Part shown: positions 1 through 8,682 of the stretch, piece after piece | How positions within the stretch are numbered: position 1 is the first letter of the stretch | How the letters are laid out: the number at the start of each line of letters is the position of its first letter | Virus record (IMG/VR): IMGVR_UViG_3300005764_000045 | Location: 1-34,854 of that record | DNA from: a virus | Lineage: Duplodnaviria > Caudoviricetes | DNA: 34,854 nt | Strand: one strand, 5' to 3' | Made by a program: the position numbers and the translations under genes | The notes under the pieces: model-generated | What the model was told of the DNA's origin: nothing | Databases searched by the model: none | The model's input: the letters and a program-made list of their open reading frames with translations, nothing else

Positions 1-1626
1 TTGCGGGCTGGGCGTGGCACCGCCGTGGCTGACCCCCTGTGCAGGTACGCCTTTGACGGCAAGGTCTGCCGCAGGCGGGGGCCGCACAGGTGCACGGGCC
101 GCGTGGGCCACGTCACGGCGTTTTTCTCTGAGGTGCTGACCCACACAAAGGGGCAGTATGCGCGCAGGCCCTTTGTGCCCTCGCCCTGGCAGCGTGACCG
201 CGTGCTGGCCCCCCTGTTTGGCCAGGTGATCTATGACGAGGTGCGGGGCCGCTATGTGCGCCGTTACCGCGTGCTTTACCTGCTGCTGCCCCGCAAAAAC
301 GGGAAAACCGAGCTGCTGGCAGGGATCGTGCTTTACCTGCTGGTGGCTGATGGCGAGGTGGGCGCAGAGGTTTACGGGCTGGCGCTGGACAAAGACCAGG
401 CGGGCCTCGTTTACCGCGTGGCGCGGGCGATGGTGCGCAATAGCGTGACCCTGACCGAGCGTTTGCAGGTCATACCGTCCAGCCACCGCATTGTTGACGA
501 GGCCACGGGCAGCCTTTACGCGGCGGTGGCGGGTGACGCGGCGGGCACGCTGGGCATCGATCCCAGCGGGGCCTATATCGATGAATTGCTGACCCAGACC
601 AGCCGTGACCTGTATGACACCTTGCGCACCTCGTTTGGCGCACGCGCGCAACCGCTGCTGCTGATGGCCACCACCGCTGAGTCTGACCCCGCCAGCTTTG
701 CCGCGACCGAGCGGGAATGGTCAGAGCGGGTGGCGCAAGATCCTGGGCTGGACCCTGAGCGGCTGGTGGTCATGTTCGCGGCGGCTGCTGATGCTGATTG
801 GACGCTGCCCGCCACCTGGCACGCGGCTAACCCTGCGCTAGGCGATTTTCTGGAGCTGCGCACGCTGGCCAGCGAGTGCCGCGAGGCCCAGGGCAACCCG
901 CCCGCTGAGCGGGCGTTTCGTCAATTCCGGCTGAATCAGCCCGCCAATAAGGTTGGCCGCGCTATCGATCTGGCGGCCTGGGATGCGTGCGGCGGGCCAG
1001 GTGGCGGCCTGACCCGCCGCACCTGCTGGGCGGGCCTTGACCTGGCGTCAACCTCTGACCTGGCGGCCTATGCCCTCGTGTTTCCCAATGACGATGGCAG
1101 CCATGACGTGATCTGGCGGCATTTTGCGCCTGCCTCAGCGCTGCGCGACCTGTCACGGCGCACGGGCGGCCAGGCTGACGTTTGGGTGGCCCAGGGGCAC
1201 CTCGTGCTGACTGAGGGCAACGTGATCGATTATGGCGCGATCACTGCCGCGCTGGCCGCTGACCGTGAGGTCTATGACATCGCTGAGGTTGCCTTTGACC
1301 GCTGGGGGGCCACCCAGCTAGCCAGCGGCCTGGTTGACGAGGGCTGGCCGCTGGTGCAAATGGGCCAGGGGTTTGCCTCGATGGCCGCGCCCACCGCTGA
1401 GCTATTGCGCCTCGTGCGCGGCGGCCTGTGGCGTCACGGGGGCAATCCCGTGGCCCGCTGGGAGGCAGGCAATTGCGTCACGCGATCCGATCCCAGCGGG
1501 AATCTCAAGCTGGATAAGCAACGGTCAGCAGACAAGATTGACGGCATGGTGGCCGCTGTCATGGCCCTTGACCGCGCCCAGCGGGCCGCCGTGCCCGTTA
1601 ATGACTATGCCGCCGCAGGCTGGTAA
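1..1626 (+). CDS. terL: Terminase large subunit (likely start GTG at 25)
   Basis: Walker A PRKNGKTEL, Walker B AYIDEL, nuclease motifs GLDLASTSDL and KIDGMVA; precedes the portal gene. Confidence 0.96.
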   Translation: MRAGRGTAVADPLCRYAFDGKVCRRRGPHRCTGRVGHVTAFFSEVLTHTKGQYARRPFVPSPWQRDRVLAPLFGQVIYDEVRGRYVRRYRVLYLLLPRKNGKTELLAGIVLYLLVADGEVGAEVYGLALDKDQAGLVYRVARAMVRNSVTLTERLQVIPSSHRIVDEATGSLYAAVAGDAAGTLGIDPSGAYIDELLTQTSRDLYDTLRTSFGARAQPLLLMATTAESDPASFAATEREWSERVAQDPGLDPERLVVMFAAAADADWTLPATWHAANPALGDFLELRTLASECREAQGNPPAERAFRQFRLNQPANKVGRAIDLAAWDACGGPGGGLTRRTCWAGLDLASTSDLAAYALVFPNDDGSHDVIWRHFAPASALRDLSRRTGGQADVWVAQGHLVLTEGNVIDYGAITAALAADREVYDIAEVAFDRWGATQLASGLVDEGWPLVQMGQGFASMAAPTAELLRLVRGGLWRHGGNPVARWEAGNCVTRSDPSGNLKLDKQRSADKIDGMVAAVMALDRAQRAAVPVNDYAAAGW

Positions 1627-1641
1627 CCGGAGGTCAGCCCA

Positions 1642-3075
1642 ATGTCATACCTGGACGATATGCGCACCGCATGCGCTTACCAGCTCGATGCCCAGGCCGC
1701 GCGGGCCCTGGGCTATATGGGCTATTACGACGGGCAGAGCCAGATCACCGCGCTGATGGACAGCGCAGAGCGTGAGACGTTCCTGAGGTTTTTGCAGGAG
1801 TCTTACGCCAACTGGTGTGAATTGATCGTTAACGCGGTGGCTGAGCGGTTGCAGGTGGTGGGCTTCCGTTTCGGTGATTCCACTGATGCCGCGTGGGCGA
1901 TCTGGCAGGCAAATCAGCTAGACGCTGACTCAGAGCTGGTGCAGACCGATGCCCTGGTGTGCGGGCGGTCTTTTGTGCTGGTGCAGGCTGATGACGATAA
2001 CCCCAGCGGGGTCAGCATCACCCCTGAGTCACCGCTGGAGGCCACGGTTTTGTATGAGCCTGGCAACCGCCGCAAGCGGATAGCAGGCTATAAGCGGTTT
2101 AGCGATATGACCCTGGCCGCGATGGGCACAGGTGGCTACGCCTATGCGCCTGGCACGGTTACTGAGGTGCTGGTCTTGCCTGACGAAATTGTCACCTGGA
2201 CGCCTGACAGCCAGGGCCCGGTCATCGAGGCCAACCCTGCGGGCGTGGTCACGCTGCTGGAAATGCAGCCGCAGCCCCGCACCTCGATGGCCAGGGCCCC
2301 GCGCAGCGAGCTGGACCCTGCCATCAGTTTTCAGGACCGCATACACACCACCATTTTTAACCGCATGGTGGCCACCGATTACGGCGCATTCCGCCAGATT
2401 TGGGCCACGGGCGTCAAACTGGCCCGCCAGATCACCACCGCCGCTGACGGCACCTCACAAGAGGTGCTAGTGCAGCCCTATAACGTGGGCGCAAACCGCC
2501 TGCTGACCAATGAGAACCCGGACGGCAAATTCGGGTCATTCCCTGAGTCAACGCTGGTGGGCTACCTGGAGGCGGTTGACCGCGACGTAAGCCACCTGGC
2601 CGCGATCACCCAGACCCCGCCGCATTACCTGCTGGGCAAGATGGCCAACCTGTCTGCCGACGCGATCAAGGCCGCTGAGGCGGGCCTGGTGTCAAAGGTG
2701 GCCCGCCGCGCCACCCACATAGGTGAGACGTGGGAGTCAGTAATGCGCCTGGCCCTGGGCCTCGTGGGCGATCCTGGGGCCGCCTATATCGGGGCTGAGG
2801 TGGTCTGGCGTGACTTTGAAACGCGCAGCGAGGCCCAGCTAGTTGACGCCCTGACCAAAATGGCCACCCTGGGCGTGCCCCGCGAGGTGCTATGGCAGCG
2901 ATGGGGGGCCACGCCGCAGGAAATACAGACCTGGCAGGGCCTCAGCGCGGCGCAGGCCGCGCAGGACGCGGCAAACCAGGCCGCCGCCCTGGGGGCCGCT
3001 GACATCGCAAAGGCCCTGGGCCAGGCTGGCGCGGGCAGCCCGCCTGAGGCTGACCTGAGCGGGCAGAGTTTGTGA
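1642..3075 (+). CDS. Portal protein (SPP1 gp6-like)
   Basis: NWCELIVNAVAERL, IWQANQLD, TQTPPHYL, NLSADAIKAAE motifs; RBS GGAGG upstream; follows terL. Confidence 0.93.
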   Translation: MSYLDDMRTACAYQLDAQAARALGYMGYYDGQSQITALMDSAERETFLRFLQESYANWCELIVNAVAERLQVVGFRFGDSTDAAWAIWQANQLDADSELVQTDALVCGRSFVLVQADDDNPSGVSITPESPLEATVLYEPGNRRKRIAGYKRFSDMTLAAMGTGGYAYAPGTVTEVLVLPDEIVTWTPDSQGPVIEANPAGVVTLLEMQPQPRTSMARAPRSELDPAISFQDRIHTTIFNRMVATDYGAFRQIWATGVKLARQITTAADGTSQEVLVQPYNVGANRLLTNENPDGKFGSFPESTLVGYLEAVDRDVSHLAAITQTPPHYLLGKMANLSADAIKAAEAGLVSKVARRATHIGETWESVMRLALGLVGDPGAAYIGAEVVWRDFETRSEAQLVDALTKMATLGVPREVLWQRWGATPQEIQTWQGLSAAQAAQDAANQAAALGAADIAKALGQAGAGSPPEADLSGQSL

Positions 3076-3084
3076 GCACCCATA

Positions 3085-3702
3085 GTGAGCACTGACCCTG
3101 CGATCACCGCCCGATACAGGGCCCGCCTCGCCCACGGCAAAACGGGCCTCATGGCGCTGCTGGCCGCCCTGTGGGCAAAGATGTATGACCCCGCCAGCCC
3201 CGCCAGCGTGGCCATGATCGCAACCCTGGCCGCGACGTTCACCACGCGCGGGCAGGCCGCAGCGGTCACCCACGCCCGCACCTACCTGGCCGCCCTGACC
3301 ACGAGGGCCACGGGCCAGCCCGCTGACCCCTATGCCATCCCAGCGGGCGTGATCGGCATGACCTCCAGCGGCCTGACCGTGCCCGCCCTGGCCGCGTTTG
3401 CCCCCCGCCTCTACGCGGCCAGGCTGGCCGCAGGGCAGGACGCGGCCACCGCCGCAGGGGCCGCCCAGGTCTGGCTTAACGGGCTGGCCGCCTCAGAGCC
3501 CTACCGCGCGGCCAACGCCACGGTAATGACCAACGCCCAGCAAGACCGCCGCCTGACCGGGCGGTGTGACCGGATAACGGGGCCTGGCGCGTGCGACTTT
3601 TGCAGCCAGATCGCTGACCAGGGTTACCGCCCCGCCAGCGCTGACTTTGAAGCCCACGCCCACTGCGGCTGCACCGCTGGCCCTGAGCTTGCCTACTCCT
3701 GA
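3085..3702 (+). CDS. MuF-like capsid maturation / minor head protein
   Basis: ACDFC...AHAHCGCT Cys/His motif; lies between portal and scaffold. Confidence 0.75.
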   Translation: MSTDPAITARYRARLAHGKTGLMALLAALWAKMYDPASPASVAMIATLAATFTTRGQAAAVTHARTYLAALTTRATGQPADPYAIPAGVIGMTSSGLTVPALAAFAPRLYAARLAAGQDAATAAGAAQVWLNGLAASEPYRAANATVMTNAQQDRRLTGRCDRITGPGACDFCSQIADQGYRPASADFEAHAHCGCTAGPELAYS

Positions 3703-3716
3703 GAGGTGACCGTGCC

Positions 3717-4301
3717 ATGACCAGCCCACAGGCCCCAGCAGACCCCCAGGCCCCCCAGGGCACCGCCCCTGCTGGCGGCCAGGCCCCTGAGGGCCAGCAG
3801 CCCAGCGGCGGCCAGGGCCCCGCCCAGGGCCAGCCTGGCGGCAGCGGCCAGGCCCCCGCCGACGATGGCGAGCTGGCCCGCCTGAGGGCCGCGCTGGCCC
3901 ACGAGCGTGACGCCCGCAAGCGGGCCCAGGATGACCTCACCGCCGCCCAGCAGGCGGCCATGACCGAGGATGAGAAAAAGCTGGCTAAGGCCCGTGACGA
4001 GGGCCGCGCAGAGGCCCGCCGCGAGCATGGCCTGGCGCTGGCCGCCGCTGAGTTTAAGCTGGCCGCCCACGGCAAGATCGCTGACCCTGAGGCAGCGCTG
4101 GAGGTCATAGACCTGGCCAAATTCGTGACCGAGGCTGGCGAGGTGGATAAGGGCGAGCTGGCCAAACTCATTGACCGCCTGGCCGCCACGCTGCCCTCAG
4201 CCAACGGGGCGGGCAAGGTGCCGCCAGGCGCACGGGGCGGGCCCGCTGATGGTGGTGACTTCCTGCGCACCGCGATGGGCGGTAAGCACCCCAGGGGCTA
4301 A
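3717..4301 (+). CDS. Capsid scaffolding protein
   Basis: P/G/Q-rich N-terminus, coiled coil (ALAHERDARKRA...MTEDEKK), C-terminal GARG; upstream of the capsid gene. Confidence 0.88.
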   Translation: MTSPQAPADPQAPQGTAPAGGQAPEGQQPSGGQGPAQGQPGGSGQAPADDGELARLRAALAHERDARKRAQDDLTAAQQAAMTEDEKKLAKARDEGRAEARREHGLALAAAEFKLAAHGKIADPEAALEVIDLAKFVTEAGEVDKGELAKLIDRLAATLPSANGAGKVPPGARGGPADGGDFLRTAMGGKHPRG

Positions 4302-4308
4302 AGGGCAA

Positions 4309-4370
4309 CGGGCCATATGGGTTAAAGGGCCATATGGCCCGTGGCGGCAATTCCTGGGCTGGCGCATACT
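4309..4370 (+). promoter_or_regulatory. Putative capsid promoter with palindromic site GGGCCATATGGCCC (4327-4340), -35 TGGCGG (4342) and -10 CATACT (4365)
   Basis: Perfect 14-bp palindrome, second partial copy at 4310, 17-bp -35/-10 spacing. Confidence 0.55.
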
Positions 4371-4377
4371 GGCGCTA

Positions 4378-4567
4378 TTGCCCCCCCGCCTGTGGCGGGC
4401 GGGCAGCCAGTGGCCAAACCTGGAGGCGGGTTAACAGGGCGTCTTTAGCCCAGGGCCGCGCGGCGGGTCTGTGGCCTGCGGGGCGGTAACCCGCAAAGTG
4501 GCGCGATAACCCACCGAATCGCGCTAGGGGCTGCCCATTGCGGCAGCCCCGCTGGAGGCTTTCAGCA
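4378..4567 (+). ncRNA. Candidate structured cis-regulatory leader RNA of the major capsid gene
   Basis: Consecutive hairpins at 4379-4405, 4477-4495, 4499-4526, 4527-4550 and 4551-4566; the last encloses the GGAGG RBS. Confidence 0.5.
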
Positions 4568-5518
4568 ATGGCCCTGGGAGATTTTAGCGGAGTAATACCG
4601 CCCGAAGTAAGCACCGTGATCATGCAAGAGGCTGTCCGGGCCTCTGCTGCCCTGCAACTGTGCCAGACCGTGCCCATGGGCACGGGCGTCAGTCAAATGC
4701 CCGTGCCAAAGACGCTGCCCACCGCCTCGTGGGTGACCGCCAGCGGCAGTGGCCGCAAGCCATATACAGACATCGGTCTGAAGCCCGCCACGCTGACCGC
4801 TGAAGAGGTGGCGGCAGTTATCGCCATCCCAGACAAGATGATCGAAGATACATCGATCAATCTGTGGAATTACGCCCGCCCGCTGCTGGCCCAGGCCATC
4901 GCCATGGCCCTTGACGGCGCGGTCATCTTTGGCGTGGCCGCCCCCGCCAGTTTCCCTGCGGGCGGCATCATGGCCGCCGCGACCCCGGTCAACGCGGGAA
5001 TTGACGCCATCGATTCTGTCAATAAGGCCATGGCCGCAGTTGAGGGCCAGGGCCTTAACCCCACGGGTGACGTGGCAGACCTCACCGTGAGGTCACGCCT
5101 GCGGGGCCTGAGGGCCACCACCAATGAGCTGATCCTGGGCGAGGTCAGCGTGGGTGAGTATTCGCTGCCCAGCCTTTACGGCGTGCCCGTGGTCTATACG
5201 CCCTTCCAGGGCAAGACGGGCGTGGCCCCCGCTGACTTCCTGACCGGCGATTGGAACTGGGCGGTTTTGGGTGTCCGTTCCGATATTCGCTATGTCATGG
5301 ACCCGTCAGCCGTTATCGCTGACGCCAGCGGCGTGGTGCAGGTCAGCGGTTTTCAGGATAACGTCACACCTCTCAAAGTGTGGGCCAGGTTTGGCTTTAC
5401 GCTTATCAACCCCGTTACCGTGACCGTTCCGGCAGGTGCGCACGCATTTGCAAAGACGGTTACCGGCAGCGCATCAGGCACCGCGCCGACCGAGGCAAAG
5501 GTAGACACAAAGAAGTGA
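4568..5518 (+). CDS. Major capsid protein (HK97 fold)
   Basis: LTAEEVAAVIAIPD, ALDGAVIFG, GDW..AVLGVRSDIRY, FQDN motifs; 316 aa from ATG 4568. Confidence 0.95.
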   Translation: MALGDFSGVIPPEVSTVIMQEAVRASAALQLCQTVPMGTGVSQMPVPKTLPTASWVTASGSGRKPYTDIGLKPATLTAEEVAAVIAIPDKMIEDTSINLWNYARPLLAQAIAMALDGAVIFGVAAPASFPAGGIMAAATPVNAGIDAIDSVNKAMAAVEGQGLNPTGDVADLTVRSRLRGLRATTNELILGEVSVGEYSLPSLYGVPVVYTPFQGKTGVAPADFLTGDWNWAVLGVRSDIRYVMDPSAVIADASGVVQVSGFQDNVTPLKVWARFGFTLINPVTVTVPAGAHAFAKTVTGSASGTAPTEAKVDTKK

Positions 5519-6300
5519 GCAACGCCAGGGCGGGTGCAATTCTGGCCTCCGGTTACTGGGACACTCAGAGCGGTGCCCCGACCACCGCGCCAGGCACGGG
5601 CAAATACCGTGCTGATGATTGGGCTGCGCCCGCCCTGGTGGCAATCTCGTGCATTGACGCTGACGGTTATGACCGCACCAGCGGCCTGGCCGCCGTGATG
5701 CCTGGTGACCTGATTGCCCAGCAGGGCACTGACGATAGCCAGAATTACCAGCGGTGGACCGTGGCCAGCGTGACCGATAGCGGCGGCTGGGTCAGCCTCG
5801 CCATCGAGGTGGCAGAGTCGGGCAGCGCGTTTGTGCCGCCTGGGTCTAATCAGCGGCGGCTATTGCAAGCGCTGAGCATGACCCCGCCGACTGAGCCCAC
5901 GCCCGCTGACCCGTGGGTGGCCTGGGCCCCGCCGCTGGACCCGCCGACGCCTGGCGGCCTGCCGCTGGCCCAGGCCCAGGCCATCGCTGATGCGGTCTGG
6001 GCCACAGACCCGCACCTGGCCGCCGCCCTGATGTGGGAGTCATACGCGGCCACGCTGCCGCCCTCGCCCTCGATGGCGTCGGTTAGCACAGGGGCCCAAT
6101 CGGTCAGCTACTCACCGCCCATGCCTGGTGGTGACTACGGGGCCGCGATGGCCCGCGCGGCCTGGCACCGCAGCCTCATGGGCAGCATGGCCAGCCCTGA
6201 GCTGGTGCTGGCTGACCCCATGATCACCCTGGCCCCGCCGCCGCCGCCTGGCTGGGGCGGGGGCTGGTGGGCTGATGCCCCGCAGGTGCCAGCGCCATGA
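5515..6300 (+). CDS. Head-to-tail adaptor with an extra N-terminal domain
   Basis: GTG start overlaps the capsid stop (GTGA); C-terminal SVSTGAQSVSY motif typical of adaptors; position. Confidence 0.65.
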   Translation: MSNARAGAILASGYWDTQSGAPTTAPGTGKYRADDWAAPALVAISCIDADGYDRTSGLAAVMPGDLIAQQGTDDSQNYQRWTVASVTDSGGWVSLAIEVAESGSAFVPPGSNQRRLLQALSMTPPTEPTPADPWVAWAPPLDPPTPGGLPLAQAQAIADAVWATDPHLAAALMWESYAATLPPSPSMASVSTGAQSVSYSPPMPGGDYGAAMARAAWHRSLMGSMASPELVLADPMITLAPPPPPGWGGGWWADAPQVPAP

Positions 6301-6659
6301 TCCTGCTGACCCCTGACCAGATCAGCCTCGCCCCGCCTGGCAGCGAGTGGGACGGGCACGGCTGGGCCCTGCCAGGGACAGGCACACCCTGGCAGGGCCC
6401 TGGAGCGCTCCAGCTCCAGCCTGGCCTGTCAGCGCCAGGCGCAGACCAGGGGGGCGGTGGCGGGCCCTTTGCGCCGCATGCCACGGGCCTGGGCAGCCTC
6501 TACCTGCCGCCCGATGCGCCCGCGCTTGAGGGCTGCCTGGTGCACGCGCGGGGCGAGGTCTACCGCCTCAGCCAGGTGCGCCTCGTGCGCGACCCCACGG
6601 GCAGCGGCGGGCTGGACTGCTGGGCCGCTGCGGTCACCTCGGTTGCGTGGTCGCAATGA
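6297..6659 (+). CDS. Head-to-tail stopper (head closure)
   Basis: DGHG N-terminal motif, LYLPPDA...V.ARGEVY; size and position. Confidence 0.7.
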   Translation: MILLTPDQISLAPPGSEWDGHGWALPGTGTPWQGPGALQLQPGLSAPGADQGGGGGPFAPHATGLGSLYLPPDAPALEGCLVHARGEVYRLSQVRLVRDPTGSGGLDCWAAAVTSVAWSQ

Positions 6660-6955
6660 GCACCAGCCAATACCGCGTAACCCAGCCGCAGGCCGCGATC
6701 CAGGCCGCTGACCCGCTGATAGAGGCCCTGGCAAATTCGATCCTGCACGAGGTGCAGGCAGCCACGCCTAAGGGCCCCACGGGCGATCTGGCCACCGCCT
6801 GGACGGTAACGCGGGGCCACGCGCCAGCGGTGCGCATCATCAGCAACCCTGAGCCCTACGCGGCCTATGTCGAATACGGCACCCGCTATATGCACGCTGA
6901 GCCCTACCTGGGGCCCGTGATCGCTAAATACCGTGCGGCGGGCGGTGGCGCATGA
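6656..6955 (+). CDS. HK97 gp10-like tail completion protein
   Basis: TGDL...YAAYVEYGT.YMHAEPYL signature; ATGA overlap. Confidence 0.85.
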   Translation: MSTSQYRVTQPQAAIQAADPLIEALANSILHEVQAATPKGPTGDLATAWTVTRGHAPAVRIISNPEPYAAYVEYGTRYMHAEPYLGPVIAKYRAAGGGA

Positions 6956-7365
6956 CCACCGTGGCGCAGATCGTGCAGCCCGATCTAGAGGCATGGGTCT
7001 GGGCGCACGTCAATGACCTGCCTGGCGTCACCTCGTTTGCCTACGCGGCGCAGACCAACTGGCCGCCCTGGCTGGTGGCCTATTCGCTCCAGATCGATGC
7101 GCGGGGCAAGACAAAGCAGGCCACCCGCGACACCGCAGAGGTGGTGCGCCAGCGCATGGCCGCGCTGCCTGATGACCCCTGGCCGCAGGGCGTGGTGTCT
7201 TACGCCCAGCCAGTTGAGGGCCCTTTTTGGATGCCTGACCCTGACGGGGGCCCGCGCTATGTAGCCCGTTACGAAATACGCGCCCACCCAATCCCTGGCA
7301 GTCCTGCCCGCCAGATGCGGGCAGCCCGTGCTGACAGGCCCGTGAGAAGGGACCGCCGCAAATGA
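6952..7365 (+). CDS. Tail terminator protein
   Basis: QIDARG...GPFWMPDPDGGPRYVARY motif; directly before the major tail gene. Confidence 0.8.
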   Translation: MTTVAQIVQPDLEAWVWAHVNDLPGVTSFAYAAQTNWPPWLVAYSLQIDARGKTKQATRDTAEVVRQRMAALPDDPWPQGVVSYAQPVEGPFWMPDPDGGPRYVARYEIRAHPIPGSPARQMRAARADRPVRRDRRK

Positions 7366-7967
7366 CCATGACCGACGCACCGCCTGAGGTTGACCCGCAG
7401 GCCACCTGGGTTGCTGCGCTCAATTCGGCTGAATTGCACGTAGGCACGCCTAACGGGCCTGGCCTGTGGCTGGCCCCGCCTGGCACCGCGCTGCCGACCG
7501 ATACCAAAACCGCGTTTGCCAGCCCGTGGCAAATCCTGGGTTACCTGAGCGATGCGGGGCCCACCATCGGGCAGAACACCACAAAGCAAGACCTCACCCC
7601 GTGGCAGTCCATTAGCCCCATCAGGTCTGTCATCACCCAGCGTGAGGTCACCCTGCACTTTATTCTCTGGCAGCTCAATAGCCTCACGCTGTCATTGTTC
7701 TTTGACGCTGACCCGCCCACGCCCAGCGCCACTGACGGCAGCTTTAGCATGCCCGTGCGAGCGGATAAGGGCGGCCATCAGTATGCGGTGGCCATCGATG
7801 CCCTGGACGGCAATAACGTCATGCGGGTGGGCTTTACCCGCGCGCTGCTGACCGACGCTGGCGATATGGCGATCACTCGCGGGGCTGCGGTGCCCCTTGA
7901 GTGCACCATGACCGCCCAGGTTGATAACGGCGTGCTGGCCACCATCCTGTCTGGCACCGCGACGTGA
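7362..7967 (+). CDS. Major tail (tube) protein
   Basis: APPGTALP, LGYLSDAG, PWQSISPIR motifs of actinophage tail tube proteins. Confidence 0.9.
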   Translation: MTMTDAPPEVDPQATWVAALNSAELHVGTPNGPGLWLAPPGTALPTDTKTAFASPWQILGYLSDAGPTIGQNTTKQDLTPWQSISPIRSVITQREVTLHFILWQLNSLTLSLFFDADPPTPSATDGSFSMPVRADKGGHQYAVAIDALDGNNVMRVGFTRALLTDAGDMAITRGAAVPLECTMTAQVDNGVLATILSGTAT

Positions 7968-8311
7968 GCGGGGCCGCCAACGGGCGGCACCCCTTTGACC
8001 TCGATGCGGCCACCGCTGCTGCGGCGGCTGAGTCAAAGCCCGTGCCGTTCCTGTTCACCTATAAGGGTGAGAATTACGCGATACCGCCCGCCACCGCATG
8101 GCCGCTGGAGGCCCAGGCCCGCATAGGCAGGGGCGAGCTGGAGGCAGCCCTGGTGATGCTGCTGACCCAGGATGCCTATGACCGCCTGCTGGCCGCAGGC
8201 ATGACCGTGGGTGACCTCACCGTGCTATTTGAGGCGGTGGGCCAGACCGCTGGCGTGGGCGGCCTGGGAAACTCGCCACGGCCTGCGCGGGCCGGTTCGA
8301 ACCCCAGCTAG
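7964..8311 (+). CDS. Tail assembly chaperone (gpG-like)
   Basis: Between major tail and tape measure; slippery G GGA AAC at 8266-8272 in the correct phase. Confidence 0.88.
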   Translation: MSGAANGRHPFDLDAATAAAAAESKPVPFLFTYKGENYAIPPATAWPLEAQARIGRGELEAALVMLLTQDAYDRLLAAGMTVGDLTVLFEAVGQTAGVGGLGNSPRPARAGSNPS

Positions 8312-8682
8312 AGGCCATGTTCATGGCCGCATACGGGCTGGACATTCTTGACGTGGCGCGGGTCAGCCCCCGCCGCCTGTGGGTGCTGGCCCGCAACCTG
8401 CCGCCCTGGGCGAGGTCACCAGGTGAGCCCTGGGGGGCTGAGTCGGGGCTACTGGCCGCGCTGATCGATCACGTTGCAGAGCTGACCTGGGTGACGCTGC
8501 GCGCGGCGGGTAACCAGGCCGCGCGGCCTAAGCCCATACCCAGGCCGCCCCGCCTGCCTGACGGGGCGGCAGCGGCCAGCACAGGGCCGCGCAGGGGCGA
8601 CGGGGCGGCAGGCCATGCCGCGTGGGCCAACGCCATCAGGGCCCTGGCGGGCATGCCTGGGGTGGTGACCCGCGATGGCTGA
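8269..8682 (+). CDS. Tail assembly chaperone gpT part, expressed by -1 frameshift
   Basis: The -1 frame is open from 8269 (KLATACAGRFEPQLEAMF...) to 8682; contains PKPIPRP motif. Confidence 0.85.
   Translation, partial: KLATACAGRFEPQLEAMFMAAYGLDILDVARVSPRRLWVLARNLPPWARSPGEPWGAESGLLAALIDHVAELTWVTLRAAGNQAARPKPIPRPPRLPDGAAAASTGPRRGDGAAGHAAWANAIRALAGMPGVVTRDG

Noticed and set aside
4378-4567. tRNA or known riboswitch in the capsid leader
   Set aside because: No cloverleaf, T-loop or CCA, and no riboswitch consensus I recognise; kept only as an unassigned structured RNA
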